A DNA stretch of 39,700 nt from Burkholderiales bacterium (GTDB lineage: Bacteria > Pseudomonadota > Gammaproteobacteria > Burkholderiales > Eutrophovitaceae), in NCBI GenBank assembly GCA_035512195.1, contig DATKEK010000139.1:1-39700 (forward strand). Reading direction: 5' to 3'. Under the pieces are notes generated by a model. It was not told the origin of the DNA. It saw nothing but the letters and a program-made list of their open reading frames with translations, and ran no database searches. The first letter of the stretch is position 1. The number at the start of each line of letters is the position of its first letter. Made by a program: the position numbers and the translations under genes. Positions 25,823 through 35,338 of this stretch are shown here, one piece after another.

Positions 25823-25829
25823 CCGGTGC

Positions 25830-26705
25830 GGCTGCGGCCCGATGGTACGGGCGAAGTTCAGCTTCTGCGGGTCCGCATCGAGCACACCCAGGTATTCGCT
25901 CATCACCGGATAGAACTCCGCCACCAGCACCTCGTCGTGGGGTCGTGCGGAACCTTGAGCGTGTCGTAGAGGAAGATCGCCGGGTTCAGGCCCAGCGCGC
26001 CGACCGCTTCGTTGCTGGAAAAGAAGGCGTCGCTCCAGCGCTGCGGCGTCGGATTCTCGATGTTGATGTTGCTGACCCGTCCCAGCAGACCGAGCAGGGT
26101 CAGCACGAACATGATGGCGAAGCCGCCGGCCGCCGACCATGCGGAAACCGCAACCCGGGCGCGGCCGAACGCCGACTTCTCCAGCGCAACCAGTGCCGCC
26201 AGCGTGAGCGTTCCCGTGGCCAGCCATCCGAGCACGATCCAGATCACCGGGTAACTCTGCCAGACCATCTCGCCCGAGATGCCGGCGTCTTCAATGAACT
26301 TCAGCACCGTGGAGTTGATGCGTACCGCGAGATAGGCTTAGTGGCCGAAGTCGAGTATGTACACCAGTAGCAGGCCGAAAACGGCGACGCCGAGATAGGC
26401 TCGCGCCAGCCAGCGCAGGGCGGGCACGGTGGCCAGGTTCCAGCGCGGCGGCAGGCAAGCAAGCCGAGCGGAAGCATCGCCAGAATGGCGAGCCGCAGGT
26501 CGAACCTGAAGCCGATGCCTAGGGCTTTGAGGATGTCACTGCCGTCGATGTCGTCGCGACCGGCCGCGTCCGAGAAACCGAACAGGAAAACCATCCGCAG
26601 CAACGCGAACAGCGCAAACAAGATGGCCGTACCGCCGACCAGATAGCGCAGCCTGCGCGATCTCAGCCACTGGAAGCGCCGGTACCGCCAGATTGTCGAG
26701 TTCAT
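25830..26705 (-). pseudogene. LTA-synthase/sulfatase-family membrane protein, N-terminal TM region only, multiply disrupted
   Basis: N-terminal TM-helix region followed by YILDFGH*AYLAVRINSTVLKFIEDAGISGEMVWQSYP. Frameshift near 26455-26460. In-frame TAA at 26338-26340. 8-nt tandem duplication frameshift at 25934-25950. The sulfatase domain is absent. Confidence 0.65.
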
Positions 26706-26792
26706 GCTGCGCGTCCGGAAGTCGAAATCTCTTTTGAAGACCGTGTGGAAGCCAAGAAACCGCGGTCCCCCAACGGGAGGGTACGATGGGAA

Positions 26793-27491
26793 CTACGCCC
26801 GATCATCGGACGAGCCATCGCGTTGGCCAACGACTCGCGCTGACGCCATCAGTGCTGCGGCATCGAGCTGCCCGCGAAAATCCCGCCGCACCTCCTGCCA
26901 GCGAAATCGCACCGAGTTCTTGACGATCTCCTCGTCCTGCCGCTTGAACTCGTCGACGACGGGAGCGAAGCGGACAAGTGCCGCCGGGCTCTCGGAGAAT
27001 GGCGTTTCGTCATCCTGTACAACCGGCCAGTGGCATGCGCGCAGTCTCCTGCGCAGGCGGTCCGCCTCTACCGTAAACTCCGGCCCCGTGTCGGGCGGCA
27101 CCCCGGTCGCCGAGAGGATTGCCTCGACGCTCGTGCACATCAACTGTCCAACCTCGCCAACCGCGTTGCGGTCGCGCTGTGCAACCAGACCGCCTGCGTA
27201 AATGGACAAGTCCGAAAGGCATGCGAGCCACACCTGCCACTTGGCGATGTTGATTGACCTCGAAAATTCTTCATCCGCAAACAGTTCCGGGAAACGCGTG
27301 CCCGCCCGCGCACGGAGATAACCATACAACGACGTTTGCGCCACATGGCTGGATCGCGACGCGAGAAAATCCTCCAGCGTGCCGCGGTCCGCGACCACCC
27401 TTGCGCGCCGTGACGCGGCTACGCCGAGATAACCCCGGAGCACGCTCCAAAGAACCCGGAAAGAAGACCGGAGCCGCCATGACGAAATCAT
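26793..27491 (-). CDS. hypothetical protein (232 aa)
   Basis: Start taken at MISSWRLRSS (27491). Conserved-looking blocks SLYGYLRARAGTRFPELF and SINIAKWQVWLACLSDL. No family assigned. Confidence 0.55.
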   Translation of the reverse strand: MISSWRLRSSFRVLWSVLRGYLGVAASRRARVVADRGTLEDFLASRSSHVAQTSLYGYLRARAGTRFPELFADEEFSRSINIAKWQVWLACLSDLSIYAGGLVAQRDRNAVGEVGQLMCTSVEAILSATGVPPDTGPEFTVEADRLRRRLRACHWPVVQDDETPFSESPAALVRFAPVVDEFKRQDEEIVKNSVRFRWQEVRRDFRGQLDAAALMASARVVGQRDGSSDDRA

Positions 27492-27628
27492 GCAGTGCCT
27501 GTGCGTGCCATTGTTGACAAATTGACTGAAATAATCGAGCCTGCGCTGGAAACCGGGCAGGTCAGGTGCGTTCTGCCGCCGGTAGCGCCAACAGAATAAT
27601 CGATATTCGACAAACGGGAGGATAGCGC

Positions 27629-27889
27629 ATGAGTGCGGAGGTTTCCCAAAGAGAAAGCCATTGGCGCCGGACACGCAGGCTCATGATCGTGCATCTGGTG
27701 ATTTGGGCCATGTTCGCCTTCGTGGTCCACTGGTTCGCGCCGTGGCTCAACAGGTTCTCGTTCATGCACTTTCCGGTCGGTTTCTACATGGCGGCGCAGG
27801 GCTCCCTGATCGCATTCGTGGTACAGCTGTTCATCTTCGTGCGCCAGCAGGAGAGCATCGATCGCGAATGCGGAATGGCTGAAGATTAA
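27629..27889 (+). CDS. DUF4212-type small subunit of a solute:sodium symporter
   Basis: 86 aa, two TM helices. GGGAGGA SD. Sits directly in front of the SSS permease, as in the VC_2705-type two-gene arrangement. Confidence 0.8.
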   Translation: MSAEVSQRESHWRRTRRLMIVHLVIWAMFAFVVHWFAPWLNRFSFMHFPVGFYMAAQGSLIAFVVQLFIFVRQQESIDRECGMAED

Positions 27890-27905
27890 GAAGGAGGAGG
27901 CCATC

Positions 27906-29732
27906 ATGGGCATGCGAATGAAAGGTTCCTTCATCGACAACCTGCCGAAGATCTACGGCCTGTACACCGGCGGTTTTCTCGTCTTCGTCGGGCTGATGGC
28001 GTTGCTTGAGTGGTATGGCATCAGTGCCGACACCATCGGCATTCTGTTTGTGGCGTTCACCGTCGTCATCTACGCGGTGATTGGTTGGCTGTCGCGCACC
28101 ATGCAGGTGGATGCCTACTACGTCGCCGGCCGCCAAGTGCCGCCGGTGTTCAACGGCATGGCGACGGGGGCCGACTGGATGTCGGGCGCCTCGTTCGTGG
28201 CCATGGCGGGCGGTATCTACATGTCCGGCCATGCCTATCTCGCCTTCGTGGTGGGCTGGACCGGCGGCTACGTGCTGGTTGCAGTGCTGATGGCACCTTA
28301 CCTGCGCAAGTTCGGCTGCTACACGGTACCCGACTTCATCGGCACGCGTTACGGAGGCAACCTCGCGCGCCTGCTCGCGGTGATCGTGCTGGTCGTAGCG
28401 TCTTTCACCTACGTGACCGCGCAGATCAACGCCACCGGGACGATAGCGGCGCGCGCGCTGCAGATACCCTTCGCCGTGGGCGTCTGGTTCGGACTGCTGG
28501 GAATCCTGCTGTGCTCGATGCTGGGGGGGATGCGGGCCGTGACCTGGACCCAGGTTGCCCAGTACATCGTGCTCATCATTGCCTATCTCGTTCCGGTCAT
28601 CTGGATGTCGAACAAACAGGGCTTCGGCATGATCCCGCAGTTCGTCTACGGTGATGCGGTAGCCAGGATCGCCGAGCTGGAAGTGCTGCACCAGGTGGGG
28701 GTGCTCCAGCCGGTCGAGCCGGTTGCCAATATGAGTGCGCTGACCACGCTGCATTCGCAGGCGGAAAGCTCGGCGATGGCGGCCTGGAAGTTCGTTGCGC
28801 TCACCATGTGCATGATGTTGGGCACAGCATCGCTGCCGCACATCCTGATGCGCTACTTCACCACGCCGTCGGTGAGAGATGCGCGCAAGTCGGTGGCCTG
28901 GTCGCTGTTTTTCATCTTCCTGCTGTACTTCACCGCGCCGGCGCTGGCGACGTTTACCAAGCTGCAGGTACTGGATCCGGCCCTTGCCAGCAGCATCATC
29001 GGCAAGCCGATCGACATGGTGAACTCGCTCGACTGGATCCAGAAGTGGAGCGCGGTGGACTTTCTGAGGATCGTCGACAGCAACGGCGACGGGATTCTGC
29101 AGATCAACGAATTTTTCATGCGCGCCGATATCGTCGTGCTGGCTACTCCGGAGATGGCGGGCCTGCCGTACGTGATCTCCGGGCTGGTGGCCGCTGGCGG
29201 CATGGCCGCGGCGATGTCGACCGCCGACGGGCTGCTGCTGGCCATCGCCAATGCGCTTTCACACGACCTGTACTACAAGATGATCGACCCGAAGGCTGAC
29301 ACGCGACACCGCCTGATTGTCGCTCGCGTCCTGCTGGTGGGGATCGGCGCGGCAGGCGCCATCGTGGCGAGCCTCAGGCTGACCAGTATTCTCGGCGCCG
29401 TTGCCTGGGCCTTCAACTTTGCGATGTCCGGCCTGTTCTTCCCCCTGGTGCTGGGAGTTTGGTGGAAACGGGCGAATCGCGCGGGCGCCATCGCAGGGAT
29501 GGCGGCGGGCCTGGGGGTCGGCTCCTGGTATCTCTACATGGTCAAGTGGGGTGGAATGACGCCGTGGCTGGGCATTGACGACCTCCGCTTCGGGATCGTT
29601 GGCGCAGCCACAAGCCTTGTTGCGATGGTCGTAGTGACTTTGTTGACCAAGGAGCCCGACGCGGAAACGCAGGCCATGGTCGACGAAGTCCGCATTCCGA
29701 GAGGCAAAACCATTCTGGATTCGAGCCACTGA
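27906..29732 (+). CDS. sodium:solute symporter (SSS family, VC_2705/ActP-like large subunit)
   Basis: 608 aa polytopic protein. AAGGAGGAGG SD. SSS-like blocks (YYVAGRQVPPVFNGMATGADWMSGASF..., SLPHILMRYFT). Confidence 0.85.
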   Translation: MGMRMKGSFIDNLPKIYGLYTGGFLVFVGLMALLEWYGISADTIGILFVAFTVVIYAVIGWLSRTMQVDAYYVAGRQVPPVFNGMATGADWMSGASFVAMAGGIYMSGHAYLAFVVGWTGGYVLVAVLMAPYLRKFGCYTVPDFIGTRYGGNLARLLAVIVLVVASFTYVTAQINATGTIAARALQIPFAVGVWFGLLGILLCSMLGGMRAVTWTQVAQYIVLIIAYLVPVIWMSNKQGFGMIPQFVYGDAVARIAELEVLHQVGVLQPVEPVANMSALTTLHSQAESSAMAAWKFVALTMCMMLGTASLPHILMRYFTTPSVRDARKSVAWSLFFIFLLYFTAPALATFTKLQVLDPALASSIIGKPIDMVNSLDWIQKWSAVDFLRIVDSNGDGILQINEFFMRADIVVLATPEMAGLPYVISGLVAAGGMAAAMSTADGLLLAIANALSHDLYYKMIDPKADTRHRLIVARVLLVGIGAAGAIVASLRLTSILGAVAWAFNFAMSGLFFPLVLGVWWKRANRAGAIAGMAAGLGVGSWYLYMVKWGGMTPWLGIDDLRFGIVGAATSLVAMVVVTLLTKEPDAETQAMVDEVRIPRGKTILDSSH

Positions 29733-29749
29733 GGACATCGTATCGAACC

Positions 29750-29782
29750 GGCCAGGACGAAGATTTTCGTCCCGGCCTTTTT
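29750..29782 (+). terminator. intrinsic terminator after the symporter gene
   Basis: 12-position stem ggccaggacgaa/ttcgtcccggcc (1 mismatch), loop gatt, then TTTTT. Confidence 0.75.
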
Positions 29783-29823
29783 CGCGCCCGGGATTAGAAT
29801 CACGTGGTGCCACGGAATTCGAG

Positions 29824-30201
29824 ATGATCGAGGGATTCCCAATCTGGGTGCTGGCGGTCGATTACGTCCTCGGCATGATCATGTGGACGCTGATCGGCAG
29901 GTTCGGGATGGGGCTGTTCCTGCCGGAAAACAGCAGCTTCTTCTTCATGCGGTTCTTCGTCCGTTCCACCGACCCGCTACTAAAGCTGTTTTCGCCGATC
30001 ACGCCGGCTTTTCTGGTGCAGCCGGTGGTGCCGCTCTACGCCGCGTGGTTCTTCTTCATGACGCGCTTCTATCTGATGCCGTGGATGCTCGGTTACTCGG
30101 TGATGGGGATGCTGTCGTTTCCGCTGGAAAGCGAGATCGGCCAGGGCGTGGTGTACCTGATCGGCAAACTGTTGAACGAGGTCCCTTTCGCACGCGGGTG
30201 A
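29824..30201 (+). CDS. small integral membrane protein, YggT-like
   Basis: 125 aa, 3-4 hydrophobic helices. The segment FFVRSTDPLLKLFSPITP resembles the YggT-family core. Assignment is tentative. Confidence 0.45.
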   Translation: MIEGFPIWVLAVDYVLGMIMWTLIGRFGMGLFLPENSSFFFMRFFVRSTDPLLKLFSPITPAFLVQPVVPLYAAWFFFMTRFYLMPWMLGYSVMGMLSFPLESEIGQGVVYLIGKLLNEVPFARG

Positions 30202-30226
30202 CGTGACACCAGAGAACTGACCGGCG

Positions 30227-32335
30227 ATGCCAGGAAACCCGCGTCCGACAAGCCACACGGCGCTGTCAGCGCTCCCGATAGTCGTGCTCGATCTGGAAAC
30301 GACCGGCCTCGACGTGCGGCACGACCGGATTGTGCAGGTGGGCGCCGTTGCCATGCGTGGCCCGCGCATTCTGGACGCTTCGCGACTCAACCAGATGATC
30401 GATCCGGGTGTCCCGATCCCCGCGTCTGCCACGCGCATTCACGGACTGTCCGATGCCGACGTTGCCGGCGCACCGCGCTTCGCAGTCTACGCGGAGACCC
30501 TGTGCGCGGCCCTGTCCGGCTGCGCAGTCGTCGGGCACAACATCGCCTTCGACCTGGCCGTGCTGCGGCACGAGGCGGCTCGCGCGGGGATCCCGTGGCA
30601 CGATCCGCCTGCGCTGGATGTGGCGCTCCTCGTCGGCGCACTGGAACCGTCGCTGCCCGACCTCGGGCTCGAAACCGTGACTCGCCTGCTCGGCGTTACC
30701 ATCCACGGGCGCCACTGTGCGCTTGGCGATGCCTTGGCCACGGCCGAAGCGTTCGCGGCACTGGTCCCGCGCCTGAGAGATGCGGACGTGCGCACATTGG
30801 GGGAAGCTCGGTCCTTTGCCGCCAGTCGGGCGGACCTGGGAATCCGCCACACGGAGGCGGGCTGGACATCGCGGCCGGGCGAGACCGCAAGCGCGTTGCC
30901 GGCACCCTTGCTCACGCGTATCGACAGTTATGTGTTCGAGCGGCGCCTGAGCGAGCTGATGACCGCGCCGCCGGTTACCGTTGCACGCGACACGACGCTG
31001 CGCGAGGCGGCACGTGTCATGGCCGTGGGGCGGATCGGTGCGTTGCTGGTCGGTTCGGCCGGTGCAGCGCCCGAAGGCATCCTGACCGAGCGGGATCTGC
31101 TGCGCGTTGCTGCCGCCGGCGAGAAACTGGATGCGGTCACGGTGTCGCACGCGATGACGACGCCGGTGGAAACGATAAGCGAGCACGAAATGCTCTACCG
31201 CGCGCTCGGGCGTATGCAGCGACTGGGGATACGGCACCTGTGCGTGATCGACGAACTGGGCCATGCCGCGGGAATGATCTCGCAACGCGACCTGCTGCGC
31301 CATCGCGCCGGCGAAGCGGACGTGCTCGGCGACGCGCTGCAGCAGGCGCACGACGCATCATCGCTCGCTGCCGCATACAGTCTGGTGCCCGAGGCGGCTG
31401 CGCGTCTGGTGGCCGAAGGGCTGGGCGGCGTGGAGGTCGCGCAGGTGGTGTCGAACGAGCTGCGCGAACTCACCGCGCGGGCGGCCGCGATCACGCAGGC
31501 GCGCCTCAGGGAGCAGGGCCGCAGTGAGGCTCCCGCACCCTGGTGCCTGCTGGTGCTCGGCTCGGGCGGGCGCGGCGAAAGCCTGCTCGGCGCCGACCAG
31601 GATAACGCGCTGATTCATTCCGGCGCTGCAGCCGACGATGCCTGGTTCGCGGAATTCGGCACTGGCATCGCCGCACTGCTCGACGAGGCCGGCGTGCCGC
31701 GCTGCAAGGGTGGCGTGATGGCGGCGAATGCCGGATGGCGCGGGACGCTTGAGGACTGGCGTGCGCGCGTCGATCACTGGCTGAGCCGCGCGCGGCCGGA
31801 AGATCTGCTGAACGTCGACATCTTCTTCGATCTGATGCCGGTGGCAGGAGAGACTCGCCTCGCGCGTACGCTGCACGCCGAGGCGGTCATTGCGTCGTCG
31901 CGGACGCCTGCGTTCATCGCGCTGCTCGCGGAATGGGTCGGGACGCTGACACCCGCGATCGGCGTGTTCGGCCGGTTCGTCACCGAAGCGGGCCGCATCG
32001 ACCTGAAGCGGGGCGGGCTGCTGCCGCTGGTCAACGTCGCGCGCACGCTTGCGCTGCGTAGCGGTTCGGTGGCGCGCGCGACTCCCGACCGGCTGCGCGA
32101 TGCCGCGGCGGCCGGACGTCTTTCCGAGGGCGATGCTGCGACTCTCATCGAGATGCACTCGGAACTGCTCACGCTGGTGCTGCGGCAGCAGCTGGTCGAT
32201 CTCGCGGAGGGCGTGCGGCCATCGAGCCGGGTGCCGGTCAGGACGCTGGGAAAAGAGCAGGCGCGCCGACTGCGCAGCCAAATGCGCACACTCGATCAGG
32301 TCCTGCGCACGTTGCGCGGGTCTGTCGCTTCGTAA
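30227..32335 (+). CDS. fusion protein: DEDDh 3'-5' exonuclease (DnaQ/epsilon-like) + CBS pair + DUF294 nucleotidyltransferase + DUF294_C
   Basis: Exo I VVLDLETTG, Exo II VVGHNIAFDLAVL, Exo III HCALGDALATAEAF. Two CBS repeats (...GILTERDLLRV; ...GMISQRDLLRH). NTase motif LGSGGRGESLLGADQDNALI. Confidence 0.8.
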   Translation: MPGNPRPTSHTALSALPIVVLDLETTGLDVRHDRIVQVGAVAMRGPRILDASRLNQMIDPGVPIPASATRIHGLSDADVAGAPRFAVYAETLCAALSGCAVVGHNIAFDLAVLRHEAARAGIPWHDPPALDVALLVGALEPSLPDLGLETVTRLLGVTIHGRHCALGDALATAEAFAALVPRLRDADVRTLGEARSFAASRADLGIRHTEAGWTSRPGETASALPAPLLTRIDSYVFERRLSELMTAPPVTVARDTTLREAARVMAVGRIGALLVGSAGAAPEGILTERDLLRVAAAGEKLDAVTVSHAMTTPVETISEHEMLYRALGRMQRLGIRHLCVIDELGHAAGMISQRDLLRHRAGEADVLGDALQQAHDASSLAAAYSLVPEAAARLVAEGLGGVEVAQVVSNELRELTARAAAITQARLREQGRSEAPAPWCLLVLGSGGRGESLLGADQDNALIHSGAAADDAWFAEFGTGIAALLDEAGVPRCKGGVMAANAGWRGTLEDWRARVDHWLSRARPEDLLNVDIFFDLMPVAGETRLARTLHAEAVIASSRTPAFIALLAEWVGTLTPAIGVFGRFVTEAGRIDLKRGGLLPLVNVARTLALRSGSVARATPDRLRDAAAAGRLSEGDAATLIEMHSELLTLVLRQQLVDLAEGVRPSSRVPVRTLGKEQARRLRSQMRTLDQVLRTLRGSVAS

Positions 32336-32368
32336 CGAGGGCGGTCGTTGTCGCGGCCGGTGCCAAGG

Positions 32369-32397
32369 TTGGTCGCGACGCGGTTTCTCCGTATAAT
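32369..32397 (+). promoter_or_regulatory. sigma70 promoter of the tRNA-Phe locus
   Basis: TTGGTC (32369-32374), 17-nt spacer, perfect TATAAT (32392-32397), followed by a GC-rich discriminator gcgcgg. Confidence 0.6.
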
Positions 32398-32444
32398 GCG
32401 CGGCTTCGCGGGCCGACGTTTCCCGCGATGCCCGCATCAACAGC

Positions 32445-32479
32445 GTCCAAGTAGCTCAGTTGGTAGAGCAGAGGACTGA
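32445..32479 (+). pseudogene. copy of tRNA-Phe positions 1-35 (5' half, ends inside the anticodon)
   Basis: 32447-32479 is 33/33 identical to 32750-32782 of the intact tRNA-Phe. Position 2 is G->T. Identity stops after G34-A35. Confidence 0.9.
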
Positions 32480-32502
32480 CAAGATGCTGCGATAGCAGCC
32501 TC

Positions 32503-32732
32503 TTGCGGCGAAGACTGACCTTTCGCGAAGCGCAAGGTTATGTCGAAGTCACAACACGCCGCCTTGGCGGTTTGTTGCGGCGAAGACTAACCTGCGTAGC
32601 AGGTTAAGGAGCGTAGCTCCGGCCGGAGTCAAAATACGCCATGAGTATGACGTATTTCAGTGAAGGCTAACCTGCGCAGCAGGTTAAGGACCGAAAGGTC
32701 CGGCCGAAGCTAAAATCCGGCACCCCGCCGGA
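32503..32732 (+). repeat. three tandem 72-82 nt structured modules (candidate ncRNA) between the tRNA fragment and tRNA-Phe
   Basis: ttgcggcgaagact is repeated exactly at 32503 and 32575. A 28-nt core at 32583-32610 matches 32663-32690 at 26/28. Each module folds as closing helix plus 2-3 hairpins, with compensatory changes between copies. Confidence 0.8.
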
Positions 32733-32747
32733 GAGCGTTGTAACCGG

Positions 32748-32823
<76 letters not shown>

Positions 32824-32953
32824 TTTCCTTCCTCGTTCAGCATCTCTTCAGTTTTTCCGCTGCCGACGCCTTTTGGCGGAGGTCATGCACCCCGCTTTTG
32901 CCTTATAATCTGCGGCCTTGCACGCGCTCCCCGGCGTTGCGCCCCTTCCCTGT

Positions 32954-34210
32954 ATGCAGCAGCTTTTCGCGTTCGGCGTCAATCATCACACCGCTCCGGT
33001 CGACGTGCGGGAGCAGCTTGCGTTCGGCCCGGAGAACCTGGCGCCCGCGTTGCGCGACCTGGTGGAACACGAACCGGTGAACGAAGCTGCGATCGTTTCC
33101 ACCTGCAATCGCACCGAGATCTACTGCAACACGCAGGAACCGGCGCGCGCGGTCGACTGGCTGGCGCGCTTTCACCATATCAACTCCAGCAGCATCGAGC
33201 CGTTCATCTACCTGCTGCCTCGAGAACGCGCGGTGCAGCATGCGTTCCGGGTTGCCAGCGGCCTGGACTCGATGGTGATCGGCGAGCCGCAGATTCTCGG
33301 TCAGCTCAAAGACGCAGTGCGCAGCGCCGAGCAGGCCGGCACGCTCGGCACGGTGTTGCATAAGCTGTTCCAGTCGACGTTCTCGATCGCGAAGGAAGTG
33401 CGCACGCATACCGATATCGGCGCGAACTCGGTATCGATGGCGGCGGCAGCGGTCAAGCTGGCGGAGCGCATCTACCCGTCGATCTCCGAACAGCGGCTGC
33501 TGTTCATCGGCGCGGGCGAGATGATCGAGCTGTGCGCCACGCATTTCGCGGCCCGGCGTCCGCGTTCGATGATGTTCGCGAACCGCACACTGGAACGCGG
33601 CGAAGACCTTGCGCGGCGCTTCAGCGCGGCATCGATCACGCTGAATGATCTGCCCGAGCAGCTGGCGCTGCACGACATCGTGGTGACCTGTACCGCGAGC
33701 CCGCTGCCGATACTGGGCAAGGGGCTGATCGAACGCGCGATCAAGGCGCGCAGGCACCGGCCGATGCTGATGGTCGATCTCGCCGTCCCGCGCGACGTCG
33801 AGGCGGAGGCCGGCGAACTGGACGATGTGTTCCTGTACAGCGTCGACGATCTGGGCAAGATCGTGCAGGAAGGGCTCGACCTGCGCCAGGCCGCGGTCAC
33901 CCAGGCCGAAGCGATCATCACTGCCGGCGTCAGCGACTTCATCCATTGGCTGGAGACGCGCGAGATCGTGCCGACGATACGTGCGCTGCGCGACCATGCG
34001 GAGCGCATGCGCCGCCACGAGTTCGAGCGCGCCATGAAGCAGCTTGCGAAGGGCGAGGACCCGCACAAGGTGCTCGAGCACCTGAGCCACGCGCTCACCA
34101 ACAAGTTTCTGCACGCGCCGACCAGCGCACTGGGACAAGCCGAGTCGAAGGAGCGCGACGCGCTGATGTCTGCGCTGGCGCGTCTGTACCAAGTCCAGCT
34201 TCCGGAATGA
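32954..34210 (+). CDS. hemA: glutamyl-tRNA reductase
   Basis: Start [24 protein letters not shown] at 32954. Active-site-Cys block STCNRTEIY. 418 aa. ATGA overlap with prfA. Confidence 0.95.
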   Translation: MQQLFAFGVNHHTAPVDVREQLAFGPENLAPALRDLVEHEPVNEAAIVSTCNRTEIYCNTQEPARAVDWLARFHHINSSSIEPFIYLLPRERAVQHAFRVASGLDSMVIGEPQILGQLKDAVRSAEQAGTLGTVLHKLFQSTFSIAKEVRTHTDIGANSVSMAAAAVKLAERIYPSISEQRLLFIGAGEMIELCATHFAARRPRSMMFANRTLERGEDLARRFSAASITLNDLPEQLALHDIVVTCTASPLPILGKGLIERAIKARRHRPMLMVDLAVPRDVEAEAGELDDVFLYSVDDLGKIVQEGLDLRQAAVTQAEAIITAGVSDFIHWLETREIVPTIRALRDHAERMRRHEFERAMKQLAKGEDPHKVLEHLSHALTNKFLHAPTSALGQAESKERDALMSALARLYQVQLPE

Positions 34211-35289
34211 AACCGTCGATTGCCTCCAAGCTGGCGCAGCTGTCGGCCAGGCTGGAGGAGCTGAACGCCCTGCTGTCTTCCGAAGACGCGACGCACGATC
34301 TAGACAGCTACCGCCGCCTCAGCCGCGAACACGCGGAGATCTCGCCGGTGGTGGAACTGCTCGATGCGCACAAGCGCTGCGAGCAGAATCTGCAGAACGC
34401 GCTGGAGATGGAACACGATCCGGAGATGCGCGAGCTCGCAGAAGCCGAGGTGCGCGAGAGCCGGGAGCGCATGGAACAGATCGAAGTCGAGCTGCAGAGA
34501 CAGCTGCTGCCGAAGGATCCGAACGACGAACGCAACATCTTTCTCGAGATCCGCGCCGGCACCGGTGGCGACGAATCCGCGCTGTTCGCGGGCGACCTGT
34601 TCCGCATGTACTCGCGCTACGCCGAGCGCCAGGGCTGGCGCGTCGAAGTGATCTCGCACAGCGCATCCGAGCTTGGCGGTTACAAGGAGATCATCGCCAA
34701 GGTCGTCGGGCAGGGCGCCTACTCGAAGCTCAAGTTCGAGTCCGGCGGACATCGCGTGCAGCGCGTGCCGGAAACCGAAACGCAGGGGCGCATTCACACC
34801 AGCGCCTGCACAGTCGCGGTCATGCCGGAGGTGGATGAGGTCGCGGACGTGGTGCTCAATCCCGCGGAGATGCGCATCGATACCTTCCGCTCCTCGGGCG
34901 CCGGCGGGCAGCACGTGAACAAGACCGACTCCGCAGTGCGTATCACCCATCTGCCCACCGGCATCGTGGTCGAGTGCCAGGACGACCGTTCGCAGCACAA
35001 AAACAAGGCGCAGGCGCTGTCGATACTGGCGGCACGCATCAAGGACAGGCAGATTCGCGAACAGCAGGCAAAGGAGGCGGCTACGCGAAAATTGCTGGTC
35101 GGCAGCGGCGACCGCTCGGAGCGCATCCGCACCTACAACTTTCCACAGGGCCGCGTGACCGATCACCGCATCAACCTGACGCTGTACAAGCTTCAACAGG
35201 TGATGGAAGGCGAGCTGGAGGAGTTGATCGACGGGCTGATGGCAGAGCATCACGCCGAATTGCTGGCGGAGATGGCGGAGACCGCATGA
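34207..35289 (+). CDS. prfA: peptide chain release factor 1
   Basis: 360 aa. [23 protein letters not shown] (GGQ motif). Classic hemA-prfA-prmC order. Confidence 0.96.
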   Translation: MKPSIASKLAQLSARLEELNALLSSEDATHDLDSYRRLSREHAEISPVVELLDAHKRCEQNLQNALEMEHDPEMRELAEAEVRESRERMEQIEVELQRQLLPKDPNDERNIFLEIRAGTGGDESALFAGDLFRMYSRYAERQGWRVEVISHSASELGGYKEIIAKVVGQGAYSKLKFESGGHRVQRVPETETQGRIHTSACTVAVMPEVDEVADVVLNPAEMRIDTFRSSGAGGQHVNKTDSAVRITHLPTGIVVECQDDRSQHKNKAQALSILAARIKDRQIREQQAKEAATRKLLVGSGDRSERIRTYNFPQGRVTDHRINLTLYKLQQVMEGELEELIDGLMAEHHAELLAEMAETA

Positions 35290-35338
35290 CCGATGCCCGG
35301 CTGCTGCTTGCCGGTACCGCTTCATACGTGCCGGCATC

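Noticed and set aside
25168-26370. 400-aa plus-strand ORF in the track
   Set aside because: It is a composite. Its first ~75 aa are the genuine sialidase-like frame. The rest is out-of-frame read-through and antisense of the LTA-synthase-like remnant (Arg/Pro/Ala-rich, no motifs).
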